Shown piece after piece: positions 27,601-41,300 of a DNA stretch of 64,000 nt. A program made the translations under genes and the position numbers. Origin of the DNA: Eledone cirrhosa (Eukaryota); NCBI GenBank assembly GCA_964016885.1, contig OZ024741.1, positions 397,234,001 through 397,298,000 of the forward strand, written 5' to 3'. Positions within the stretch are counted from its first letter, which is position 1, and each line of letters starts with the position of its first letter. The notes beneath the pieces were generated by a model. The model was given only the letters and a program-made list of their open reading frames with translations, did no database searches and was not told the DNA's origin.

Positions 27601-30600
27601 TCTCTTTCACTCACTACCTCTGCCTCTCTTACTCTCCCTATCTCTCTCTTTCACTCACTACCTCCGTCTCTCTCACTCTCCCCATCTCTCTCTTTCACTC
27701 ACTACCTCCGTCTCTTTCACTCTCCCCATCTCTCTTTTTCACTTACTACCTACGTCTCTCTCACTCTCCCCATCTCTCTCTTTCACTCACTACCTCCGTC
27801 TTTCTCACTCTCCCCATCTCTCTCTTTCTCTCACTATCTCCGTCTCTCTCACTCTCCCCCTCTCTCTCTTTCAATCACCACCTCCTTCTCTCTCACTATC
27901 CTATTTCTCTCTTTCACTCACTACCTCCATCTCTCTCAATCTCCCATCTCTCTCTTTCACTCACTACCTCCATCTCTCTCACTCTCCCCATCTCTCTCTT
28001 TCACTCACTACCACCATCTCTCTCACTCTCCCATCTCTCACTTTCACTCACTAACTCCATCTCTCTCACTCTCCCAATCTCTCTCACTCTCCCATCTCTC
28101 TCTTTCGCTCACTACCTACATCTCTCTCACTCTCCCTATCTTTCTCTTTCACTCACTACCTCCGTCTCTCTCACTCGCCCTATCTCTCTCTTTCAGTCAC
28201 TACCTCCGTCTCTCTTACTCTCCCTACCTCTCTCTTTCACTCTCTACCTCCGTCTCTCTCACTCTCCCCATCTCTCTCTTGCACTCACTACCTCCGTCTC
28301 TCTCACTCTCCCCATCTCTCTCTCTCACTCACTACCTCCGTCTCTCTCACTCTCCCCATCTCTCTTTTCACTCACTACCTCCGTCTCTCTCACTCTCCCC
28401 ATCTCTCTCTTTCACTCACTACCTCCGTATCTCTCACTCTCCCCATCTCTCTCTTTCACTCACTACCTCCGTCTCTCTCACTCTCCCCATCTCTCTCTTT
28501 CACTCACTACCTCCGTCTCACTCCCTCTCCCCATCTCTCTTTTTCACTCACTACCTCCGTCTCTCTCACTCTCCCCATCTCTCTCTTTCACTCACTACCT
28601 CTGCCTCTCTTACTCTCCCTATCTCTCTCTTTCACTAACTACCGCTAACTCTCTCACTCTCCCCATCTCTCTCTTTCACTCACTACTTCCGTCTCTCTCA
28701 CTCTCCCCATCTCTCACTCTCACTCACTACCTCCGTTTCTCACACTCTCCCTATCTCTCTCTTTCACTCACTACCTCCGTCTCTCTCACTCACCCCATCT
28801 CTCTCTTTCACTCACTACCTCCGTCTCTCTCACTCTCCGCATCTCTCACTTTCACTCACTAACTCCGTTTCTCTCACTCTCCCCATCTCTCTCTTTCACT
28901 CACTACCTCCGTCTCTCTCACTCACCACGTCTCTCTCTTTCACTCACTACCTCCGTTTCTCTCGCTCCCTATCTCTCTCTTTCACTCACTACCTCCGTCT
29001 CTCTGACTCTCCCCATCTCTCGCTTTCACTCACTACCTCCGTCTCTCTCACTCTCCCCATCTCTCTCTTTCACTCACTACCTCCGTCTCCCTCACTATCC
29101 CTATCTGTCTCTTTCACTCACTACATCCATCTCTCTCACACTCCCCATCTCTCTCTTTCACTCACTAAATCCGTCTTTCTCACTCTCCCCATCTCTCTCT
29201 TTAACTCACTACCTCCGTCTCTCTCACTCTCACATTTCTCTCTTTCACTCACCACCTCCGTCTCTGTCACTCTCCTATTTCTCTCTTTCACTCACTACCT
29301 ACATCTCTCTCACTCTCCCTACCTCTCTCTTTCACTCACTACCTCCATCTCTCTCACTCTCTGCATCTCTCTTTTCACTCACTACCTCCGTCTCACTCCC
29401 TCTCCCCATCTCTCTCTTTCACTCACTACCTCCGTCTCTCTCACTCTCCCCATTTCTCACTTTCACTCACTACCTCCATCTCTCTCACTCTCCGCATTTC
29501 TCTCTATCATTCACTACATCCGTCTCTCTCACTCTCCCCATCTCTCGCTTTCACTCACTACCTCCGTCTCTCTCACTCTCCCCATCTCTCTCTTTCACTC
29601 ACTACCTCCATCTCTCTCACTCTCTCCATCTCTCTTTTCACTCACTACCTCCATCTCTCTCCCTCACCCCGTCTCTCTCTTTCACTCACTACCTCCGTCT
29701 CTCTCACTCTCCCCACCTGTCTCTTTCACTCACTACCTCCGTCTCTCTCACTCTCCCCATCTCTCACTTTCACTCACTCCCTCCGTTTCTCTCACTCTCC
29801 CCATCTCTCTCTTTCACTCACTATCTCCGTTTCTCTCACTCTCCCCATCTCTCTCTTTCACTCACTACCTCTGTATCTCTCACTCTCCCATCTCTCTCTC
29901 TCACTCACTACCTCCGTTTCTCTCACTCTCCCCATCTCTCTTTTCACCCACTACCTCCGTCTCTCTCACTCTCCCATCTCTCTCTTTCACTCACTACCTC
30001 CGTCGCTCTCACCCTCCCTATCTTTCTCTTTCACTCACTACCTGCGTCTCTCTCACTCTCCCATTTCTCTCTTTCACTCACTACCTCCGTCTCTCTCACT
30101 CTCCCATTTCTCTCTTTCACTCACTACCTCCGTTTCTCTCACTCTCCCCATCTCTCTTTTCACTCACTACCTCCGTCTCTCTCACTCTACCCATCTCTCT
30201 CACTCTCCCCATCTCTCTTTTCACTCACTACCTCCGTCTCTCTCACTCTCCCCATCTCTCTCTTTCACTCACTACTTCCTTTTCTCTCACTCTCCCCATT
30301 TCTCACTTTCACTCATTACCTCCGTTTCTCTCGCTCTCCCCATCTCTCTCTTTCACTCACTACCTATGTCTCTCTTTCTCTCCCCATCTCTCTCTTTCAC
30401 TCACTACCTCTATCTCTCTCACTCTCCCCATCTCTCACTCTCACTCACTACCTCCGTTTCTCTCACTCTCCCTATCTCTCTCTTTCACTCACTACCTCCG
30501 TCTCTCTCACTCACCCCATCTCTCTCTTTCACTCACTACCTCCGTCTCTCTCACTCTCCCCATCTCTCACTTTCACTCACTAACTCCGTTTCTCTCACTC

Positions 30601-32399
30601 TCCCCATCTCTCTCTTTCACTCACTACCTCCGTCTCTCTCACTCACCACGTCTCTCTCTTTCACTCACTACCTCCGTCTCTCTCTCTCCCTATCTCTCGC
30701 TTTCACTCACTACCTCCGTCTCTCTCACTCTCCCCATCTCTCTCTTTCACTCACTACCTCCGTCTCCCTCACTCTCACTATCTTTCTCTTTCACTCACTA
30801 CATCCATCTCTCTCACACTCCCCATTTCTCTCTATCACTCACTACATCCGTCTCTCTCACTCTCCCCATCTCTCTCTTTCACTCACTAAATCCGTCTCTC
30901 TCACTCTCCCCATCTCTCTCTTTAACTCACTACCTCCGTTTCTCTCACTCTCCCCATCTCACTCTTTCACTCACTACCTCCGTCTCACTCACTCTTCCCA
31001 TCTCTCTCTTTCACTCACTACCTCCGTCTCTCTCACTCTCCCAAGTCTCTCTTTCACTCACCACCTCCGTCTCTCTCACTCTCCTATTTCTCTCTTTCAC
31101 TCACTACCTACATCTCCCTCACTCTCCCTACCTCTCTCTTTCACTCACTACCTCCATCTCTCTCACTCTCTCCATCTCTCTTTTCACTCACTACCTCCGT
31201 CTCACTCCCTCTCCCCATCTCTCTCTTTCACTCACTACCTCCGTCTCTCTCACTCTCCCCATCTCTCTCTTTCACTCACTTCCTCCGTTTCTCTCACTCT
31301 CCCCATTTCTCACTTTCACTCACTACCTCCGTTTCTCTCGCTCTCCCCATCTCTCTCTTTCACTCACTACCTCCGTGTCTCTCACTCACCCCATCTCTCT
31401 CTTTCACTCACTAACGCCGTCTCTCTCACTCACCCCGTCTCTCTCTTTCACTCACTACCTCCGTCTCTCTCACTCTGCCCATCTCTCGCTTTCACTCACT
31501 ACCTCCGTCTCTCTCACTCTCCCCATTTCTCTCTTTCACTCACTACCTAAGTCTCTCTCACTCTCCCTATCTTTCACTTTCACTCACTACCTCCATCTCT
31601 CTCACTCTCCGCATTTCTCTCTATCATTCACTACATCCGTCTCTCTCACTCTCCCCATCTCTCTCTTTCACTCACTACCTCCGTCTCTCTCACTCTCCCC
31701 ATCTCTCTCTTTCACTCACTTCCTCCGTTTCTCTCACTCTCCCCATTTCTCACTTTCACGCACTACCTCCGTTTCTCTCGCTCTCCCCATCTCTCTCTTT
31801 CACTCACTACCTCCGTATCTCTCACTCACCCCATCTCTCTCTTTCACTCACTACCGCCGTCTCTCTCACTCACCCCGTCTCTCTCTTTCACTCACTACCT
31901 CAGTCTCTCTCACTCTGCCCATCTCTCGCTTTCACTCACTACCTCCGTCTCCCTCACTCTCCCCATTTCTCTCTTTCACTCACTACCTACGTCTCTCTCA
32001 CTCTCCCTATCTTTCACTTTCACTCACTATCTCCATCTCTCTCACTCTCCGCATTTCTCTCTATCATTCACTACATCCGTCTCTCTCACTCTCCCCATCT
32101 CTCTCTTTCACTCACTACCTATGTCTCTCTTTCTCTCCCCATCTCTCTCTTTCACTCACTACCTCTGCCTCTCTTACTCTCCCTATCTCTCTCTTTCACT
32201 CACTACCTCCGTCTCTCTCTCTCTCCCCGTCTCTCTCATTCACTCACTACCTCCGTCTATCTCCCTCTACCCATCTCTCTCTTTCAGTCACTACCTCCGT
32301 CTGTCTCACTCACCCCTTCTCTCTCTTTCACTCACTTCCTCCGTCTCTCTCACTCTCCCTATCTCTCTCTTTCACTCACTACCTCCGTCTCTCTCACTC

Positions 32400-35300
32400 T
32401 CCCTACATCTCTCTTTCACTCACTACCTCCGTCACTCTCACTCTCCCCATCTCTCTTTTCACTCACTACCTCCGTCTCTCTCACTCTCCCTATCTCTCTC
32501 TTTCACTCACTACCTTCGTCTCTCTCACTCTCCCCATCTCTCTCTTTCACTCACTACCTCCGTCTCTCTCACTCGCCCCATCTCTCTCTTTCACTCACTA
32601 CCTCCGTCTTTCTCACTCTCCCCTTCTCTCTCTTTCTCTCACTATCTCCGTCTCTCTCACTCTCCCCATCTCACTCTTTCACTCACTACCTCCGTCTCTC
32701 TCACTCTCCCCATCTCTCTCTTTCACTCACTACCTCCGTCTCTCTCACTCTCCCCATCTCTCTCTTTCACACACTACCTCCGTCTGTCTCACTCTCCCCA
32801 TCTCTCTCTTTCACTCACTACCTCCGTTTCTCTCACTCTCCCCATATCTCTTTTCCCTCACTACCTCCGTCTGTCTCACTCACCCCTTCTCTCTCTTTCA
32901 CTCACTAACTCTGTCTCTCTCACTCTCCCCATCTCTCTCATTCACTCACTACCTCCGTTTCTCTCACTCTCCCCATCTCTCTCTTTCACTCGCTACCTCC
33001 ATCTCTCTCATTCTCCCATCTCTCTCTTTCACTCACTACCTCCGTCGCTCTCACCCTCCCTATCTTTCCCTTTCACTCACTACCTGCGTCTCTCTCACTC
33101 TCCCATTTCTCACTTTCACTCACTACCTCCGTCACTCTCACTCTCCCCATCTCTCACTTTCACTCACTACCTCCGTCTCTCTCACTCTCCCCATCTCGCT
33201 CTTTCACTCACTACCTCCGTCTCTCTCACTCTCCCCATCTCTCTCTTTCACTCACTACCTCCGTCTATCTCACTCTCCCCATCTCTCTCTTTCACTCACT
33301 ACCTCTGCCTCTCTTACTCTCCCTATCTCTCTCTTTCACTCACTACCTCCGTCTCTCTCACTCTGCCCATCTCTCGCTTTCACTCACTACCTCCGTCTCA
33401 CTCACTCTCCCCATCTCTCTCTTTCACTCACTACCTACGTCTCTCTCACTCTCCCTATCTTTCACTTTCACTCACTACCTCCATCTCTCTCACTCTCCGC
33501 ATTTCTCTCTATCATTCACTACATCCGTCTCTCTCACTCTCCCCATCTCTCGCTTTCACTCACTACCTCCGTCTCTCTCACTCTCCCCATCTCTCTCTTT
33601 CACTCACTACCTATGTCTCTCTTTCTCTCCCCATCTCTCTCTTTCACTCACTACCTCTGCCTCTCTTACTCTCCCTATCTCTCTCTTTCACTCTCTACCT
33701 CCATCACTCTCACTCTCCCCATCTCTCTCTTTCACTCACTACTTCCGCCTCTCTCACTCACCACGTCTCTCTCTTTTACTCAGTACCTCCGTCTCTCTCT
33801 CTCCCTATCTCTCGCTTTCACTCACTACCTCCGTCTCTCTCACTCTCCCCATCTCTCACTTTCACTCACTCCCTCCGTTTCTCTCACTCTCCCCATCTCT
33901 CTCTTTCACTCACTACCTCCGTATCTCTCACTCTCCCATCTCTCTCTCTCACTCACTACCTCCGTTTGTCTCACTCTCCCCATCTCTCTTTTCACCCACT
34001 ACCTCCGTCTCTCTCTCACTCTCCCCATCTCTCTCTTTCACTCACTACCTCCGTATCTCTCACTCTCCCATCTCTCTCTTTCACTCACTACCTCCGTCGC
34101 TCTCACCCTCCCTATCTTTCTCTTTCACTCACTACCTGCGTCTCTCTCACTCTCCCATTTCTCTCTTTCACTCACTACCTCCGTCTCTCTCACTCTCCCA
34201 TTTCTCTCTTTCACTCACTACCTCCGTTTCTCTCACTCTCCCCATCTCTCTTTTCTCTCACTACCTCCGTCTCTCTCACTCTCCCCATCTCTCTCACTCT
34301 CCCCATCTCTCTTTTCACTCACTACCTCCGTCTCTCTCACTCTCCCCATCTCTCTCTTTCACTAACTACTTCCTTTTCTCTCACTCTCCCCATTTCTCTC
34401 TTTCACTCATTACCTCCGTTTCTCTCGCTCTCCCCATCTCTCTCTTTCACTCACTACCTATGTCTCTCTTTCTCTCCCCATCTCTCTCTTTCACTCACTA
34501 CCTCTGCCTCTCTTACTCTCCCTATCTCTCTCTTTCACTCACTACCTCTATCTCTCTCACTGTCCCCATCTCTCTCTTTCACTCACTACTTCCGTCTCTC
34601 TCACTCTCCCCATCTCTCACTCTCACTCACTACCTCCGTTTCTCTCACTCTCCCTATCTCTCTCTTTCACTCACTACCTCCGTCTCTCTCACTCACCCCA
34701 TCTCTCTCTTTCACTCACTACCTCCGTCTCTCTCACTCTCCCCATCTCTCACTTTCACTCACTAACTCCGTTTCTCTCACTCTCCCCATCTCTCTCTTTC
34801 ACTCACTACCTCCGTCTCTCTCACTCACCACGTCTCTCTCTTTCACTCACTACCTCCGTCTCTCTCTCTCCCTATCTCTCTCTTTCACTCACTACGTCCG
34901 TCTCTCTCACTCTCCCCATCTCTCGCTTTCACTCACTACCTCCGTCTCTCTCACTCTCCCCATCTCTCTCTTTCACTCACTACCTCCGTCTCCCTCACTC
35001 TCCCTATCTTTCTCTTTCACTCACTACATCCATCTCTCTCACACTCCCCATTTCTCTCTATCACTCACTACATCCGTCTCTCTCACTCTCCCCATCTCTC
35101 TCTTTCACTCACTAAATCCGTCTCTCTCACTCTCCCCATCTCTCTCTTTAACTCACTACCTCCGTCTCTCTCACTCTCCCCATCTCTCTCTTTAACTCAC
35201 TACCTCCGTCTCTTTCACTCTCCCATTTCTCTCTTTCACTCACCACCTCCGTCTCTCTCACTCTCCTATTTCTCTCTTTCACTCACTACCTACATCTCTC

Positions 35301-38300
35301 TCACTCTCCCTACCTCTCTCTTTCACCCACTACCTCCATCTCTCTCACTCTCTCCATCTCTCTTTTCACTCACTACCTCCGTCTCACTCCCTCTCCCCAT
35401 CTCTCTCTTTCACTCACTACCTCCGTCTCTCTCACTCTCCCCATCTCTCTCTTTCACTCACTTCCTCCGTTACTCTCACTCTCCCCATTTCTCACTTTCA
35501 CGCACTACCTCCGTTTCTCTCGCTCTCCCCATCTCTCTCTTTCACTCACTACCTCCGTATCTCTCACTCACCCCATCTCTCTCTTTCACTCACTACCGCC
35601 GTCTCTCTCACTCACCCCGTCTCTCTCTTTCACTCACTACCTCAGTCTCTCTCACTCTGCCCATCTCTCGCTTTCACTCACTACCTCCGTCTCCCTCACT
35701 CTCCCCATTTCTCTCTTTCACTCACTACCTACGTCTCTCTCACTCTCCCTATCTTTCACTTTCACTCACTACCTCCATCTCTCTCACTCTCCGCATTTCT
35801 CTCTATCATTCACTACATCCGTCTCTCTCACTCTCCCCATCTCTCTCTTTCACTCACTACCTATGTCTCTCTTTCTCTCCCCATCTCTCTCTTTCACTCA
35901 CTACCTCTGCCTCTCTTACTCTCCCTATCTCTCTCTTTCACTCAGTACCTCCATCTCTCTCACTCTCCCCATCTCCCTCTTTCACTCACTACCCCCGCCT
36001 CTCTCACTCACCACGTCTCTCTCTTTCACTCAGTACCTCCGTCTCTCTCTCTCCCTATCTCTCGCTTTCACTCACTACCTACGTCTCTCTCACTCTCCCC
36101 ATCTCTCTCTTTCACTCACTACCTCCGTCTCTCTCACTCTCCCCATCTCTCTCTTTCACTCACTACCTCTGCCTCTCTTACTCTCCCTATCTCTCTCTTT
36201 CACTCACTACCTCCGTCTCTCTCTCTCTCCCCGTCTCTCTCATTCACTCACTACCTCCGTCTATCTCCCTCTACCCATCTCTCTCTTTCAGTCACTACCT
36301 CTGTCTGTCTCACTCACCCCTTCTCTCTCTTTCACTCACTTCCTCCGTCTCTCTCACTCTCCCTATCTCTCTCTTTCACTCACTACCTCCGTCTCTCTCA
36401 CTCTCCCTACATCTCTCTTTCACTCACTACCTCCGTCACTCTCACTCTCCCCATCTCTCTTTTCACTCACTACCTCCGTCTCTCTCACTCTCCCTATCTC
36501 TCTCTTTCACTCACTACCTCCGTCTCTCTCACTCTCCCCATCTCTCTCTTTCACTCACTACCTCCGTCTCTCTCACTCGCCCCATCTCTCTCTTTCACTC
36601 ACTACCTCGGTCTTTCTCACTCTCCCCATCTCTCTCTTTCTCTCACTATCTCCGTCTCTCTCACTCTCCCCATCTCACTCTTTCACTCACTACCTCCGTC
36701 TCTCTCACTCTCCCCATCTCTCTCTTTCACTCACTACCTCCGTCTCTCTCACTCTCCCCATCTCTCTCTTTCACACACTACCTCCGTCTGTCTCACTCTC
36801 CCCATCTCTCTCTTTCACTCACTACCTCATTTCTCTCACTCTCCCCATATCTCTTTTCCCTCACTACCTCCGTCTGTCTCACTCACCCCTTCTCTCTCTT
36901 TGACTCACTTCCTCCGTCTCTCTCACTCTCCCCATTTCTCTCTTTCACTCACTACCTCCGTCTCTCTCACTCTCCCCATCTCTCTATTTCACTCACTACC
37001 TCCGTCTCTCTCACGCTCCCCATTTCTCTCTATCACTCACTACATCCGTCTCTCTCACTCTCCCCATCTCTCTCTTTCACTCACTAACTCTGTCTCTCTC
37101 ACTCTCCGCATCTCTCTCATTCACTCACTACCTCCGTTTCTCTCACAATCCCCATCTCTCTCTTTCACTCGCTACCTCCATCTCTCTCATTCTCCCATCT
37201 CTCTCTTTCACTCACTACCTCCGTCACTCTCACCCTCCCTATCTTTCCCTTTCACTCACTACCTGCGTCTCTCTCACTCTCCCATTTCTCACTTTCATTC
37301 ACTACCTCCGTCTCTCTCACTCTCCCCATCTCTCTCTTTCACTCACTACCACCGTCATTCTTACTCTCCCCATCTCTCTCTTTCTCTCACTACTTCGTCC
37401 TCTCTTACTCTCCCTATCTCTCTCTGTCACTCACTACCTCCATCTCTCTCACTCTCCCCATCTCTCCTTTAACTCACTACCTCCGTCTCTCTCACTCTCT
37501 CCATCTCTCTCTTTCACTCACTACCTCCGTCTCTCTCACTCTCCCCATCTCTCTCTTTCACTCACTACCTCCGTCTCTCTCACTCTCCCCATCTCACTTT
37601 TCACTCACTACCTCCGTCTCTCTCACTCTTCCCATCTCTCTCTTTCACTCACTACCTCCGTATCTCTCACTCTCCCCATCTCTCACTTTCACTCACTACC
37701 TCCGTCTCTCTCACTCTCCCCATCTCGCTCTTTCACTCACTACCTCCGTTTCTCTCACTCTCCCCATCTCTCTCCTACACTCACTACCTCCGTCTATCTC
37801 ACTCTCCCCATCTCTCTCTTTCACTCACTACCTCCGTCTCTCTTAATCTCCCCCCCTCTCTCTTTCACTCACTACCTCTGCCTCTCTTACTCTCCCTATC
37901 TCTCTCTTTCACTCACTACCTCCGTCTCTCTCACTCTCTCCATCTCACTCTTTCACTCACTACCTCCGTCTTTCTCACTCTCCCATTTCTCTCTTTCACT
38001 CACTACCTCCGTCTCTCTCACTCTCCCCATCTCTCTTTTTCACTTACTACCTCCGTCTCTCTCACTCTCCCCATCTCTCTCTTTCACTCACTACCTCCGT
38101 CTTTCTCACTCTCCCCATCTCTCTCTTTCTCTCACTACCTCCGTCTCTCTCACTCTCCCCATCTCTCTCTTTCACTCACTACCTCCGTCTCTCTCACTCT
38201 CCCCATCTCTCTCTTTCACTCACTACCTCCGATCTCTCACTCTCCCCGTCTCTCTCTTTCACTCACTACCTCCGTCTCTCTCACTCTCCCCGTCTCTCTC

Positions 38301-41300
38301 TTTCACTCACTACCTCCGTCTCTCTCTCTCTCCCCGTCTCTCTCTTTCACTCACTACCTCCGTCTATCTCCCTCTACCCATCTCTCTCTTTCACTCACTA
38401 CCACCGTCTGTCTCACTCACTCCTTCTCTCTCTTTCACTCACTTCCTCCGTCTCTCTCACTCTCCCTATCTCTCTCTTTCACTCACTACCTCCGTCTCTC
38501 TCACTCTCCCTACCTCTCTCTTTCACTCACTACCTCCGTCCCTCTCACTCTCCCCATCTCTCTTTTCACTCACTACCTCCGTCTCTCTCACTCTCCCCAT
38601 CTCTCTCTTTCACTCACTACCACCGTCTCTCTCACTCTCCCCATCTCTCTCTTTCACTCACTACGTCCGTCTCTCTCACTCTCCCCATCTCTCTCTTTCA
38701 CTCACTACCTCCGTCTCTCTTACTCTCCCCATCTCTCTCTTTCACTCACTACCTCCATCTCTCTCACTCTCCCATCTCTCACTTTCACTCACTAACTCCA
38801 TCTCTCTCACTCTCCCAATCTCTCTCACTCTCCCATCTCTCTCTTTCGCTCACTACCTCCGTCTCTCTCACTCTCCCTATCTTTCTCTCTCACTCACTAC
38901 CTCCGTCTCTGTCACTCTCCCTATCTCTCTTTCAGTCACTACCTCCGTCTTTCTCACTCTCCCTACCTCTCTCTTTCACTCTCTACCTCCGTCTCTCTCA
39001 CTCTCCCCATCTCTCTTTTCACTCACTACCTCCGTCTCTCTCACTCTCCCCATCTCTCTCTTTCACTCACTACCCCCGTCTCTCTCACTCTCCCCATCTC
39101 TCTCTTTCACTCACTACCTCCGTCTCTCTCACTCTCCCCATCTCTCTCTTTCACTCACTACCTCCCTCTCACTCGCTCTCCCCATCTCTCTCTTTCACTC
39201 ACTACCTCCGTTTCTTTCACTCTCCCCATATCTCTTTTCCCTCACTACCTCCGTCTGTCTCACTCACCCCTTCTCTCTCTTTGACTCACTTCCTCCGTCT
39301 CTCTCACTCTCCCCATTTCTCTCTTTCACTCACTACCTCCGTCTCTCTCACTCTCACCATCACTCTCTTTCACTCACTACCTCCGTCTCTCTCACGCTCC
39401 CCATTTCTCTCTATCACTCACTACATCCGTCTCTCTCACTCTCCCCATCTCTCTCTTTCACTCACTACCTCCGTCTTTCACACTCTCCCCATCTCTCTCT
39501 TTCTCTCACTACCTCCGTCTCTCTCACTCTCCCCATCTCTCTCTTTCACTCACTACCTCCGTCTCTCTCACTCTCCCCATCTCTCTCTTTCACTCACAAC
39601 CTCCGATCTCTCACTCTCCCCGTCTCTCTCTTTCACTCACTACCTCCGTCTCTCTCACTCTCCCCGTCTCTCTCTTTCACTCACTACCTCCGTCTCTCTC
39701 TCTCTCCCCGTCTCTCTCTTTCACTCACTACCTCCGTCTATCTCCCTCTACCCATCTCTCTCTTTCACTCACTACCTCCGTCTGTCTCACTCACTCCTTC
39801 TCTCTCTTTCACTCACTTCCTCCGTCTCTCTCACTCTCCCTATCTCTCTCTTTCACTCACTACCTCCGTCTCTCTCACTCTCCCTACCTCTCTCTTTCAC
39901 TCACTACCTCCGTCCCTCTCACTCTCCCCATCTCTCTTTTCACTCACTACCTCCGTCTCTCTCACTCTCCCCATCTCTCTCTTTCACTCACTACCACCGT
40001 CTCTCTCACTCTCCCCATCTCTCTCTTTCACTCACTACGTCCGTCTCTCTCACTCTCCCCATCTCTCTCTTTCACTCACTACCTCCGTCTCTCTTACTCT
40101 CCCCATCTCTCTCTTTCACTCACTACCTCTGCCTCTCTTACTCTCCCTATCTCTCTCTTTCACTCACTACCTCCGTCTCTCTCACTCTCCCCATCTCTCT
40201 CTTTCACTCACTACCTCCGTCTCTTTCACTCTCCCCATCTCTCTTTTTCACTTACTACCTCCGTCTCTCTCACTCTCCCCATCTCTCTCTTTCACTCACT
40301 ACCTCCGTCTTTCTCACTCTCCCCATCTCTCTCTTTCTCTCACTATCTCCGTCTCTCTCACTCTCCCCCTCTCTCTCTTTCACTCACTACCTCCGTCTCT
40401 CTCACTCTCCCCATCTCTCTCTTTCACTCACTACCTCCGTCTCTCTCACTTTCCCCATCTCTCTCTTTCACTCACTACCTCCGTCTCTCTCACTCTCCCC
40501 ATCTCTCTCCTTCACTCACTACCTCCGTCTCTCTCACTCTCCCTATCTCTCTCTTTCACTCACTACCTCCGTCTGTCTCACTCACCCCTTCTCTCTCTTT
40601 GACTCACTTCCTCCGTCTCTCTCACTCTCCCCATTTCTCTCTTTCACTCACTACCTCCGTCTCTTTCACTCTCCCCATCTCTCTTTTTCACTTACTACCT
40701 CCGTCTCTCTCACTCTCCCCATCTCTCTCTTTCACTCACTACCTCCGTCTTTCTCACTCTCCCCATCTCTCTCTTTCTCTCACTATCTCCGTCTCTCTCA
40801 CTCTCCCCATCTCTCTCTTTCACTCACTACCTCCGTCTCTCTCACTCTCCCCATCTCTCTTTTCACTCACTACCTCCGTCTCTCTCACTCTCCCCATCTC
40901 TCTCTTTCACTCACTACCACCGTCTCTCTCACTCTCCCCATCACTCTCTTTCACTCACTACGTCCATCTCTCTCACTCTCCCCATCTCTCTCTTTCACTC
41001 ACTACCTCCGTCTCTCTTACTCTCCCCATCTCTCTCTTTCACTCACTACCTCTGCCTCTCTTACTCTCCCTATCTCTCTCTTTCACTCACTACCTCCGTC
41101 TCTCTCACTCTCCCCATCTCTCTCTTTCACTCACTACCTCCGTCTCTTTCACTCTCCCCATCTCTCTTTTTCACTTACTACCTACGTCTCTCTCACTCTC
41201 CCCATCTCTCTCTTTCACTCACTACCTCCGTCTTTCTCACTCTCCCCATCTCTCTCTTTCTCTCACTATCTCCGTCTCTCTCACTCTCCCCCTCTCTCTC

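Larger units (their letters stand above)
12720..41300 (+). repeat. Large tandem higher-order duplication: ~12720-27870 (15.1 kb) followed by ~27870-41300 (13.4 kb)
   Basis: Near-identical ORF pairs 15140/30366, 16149/31375 and 16895/32121 all have offset 15226, as does the marker aactaccgctaact at 13411/28637. The offset steps down to 14657 (21206/35863) and 13432 (25849/39281, 27167/40599). Confidence 0.92.
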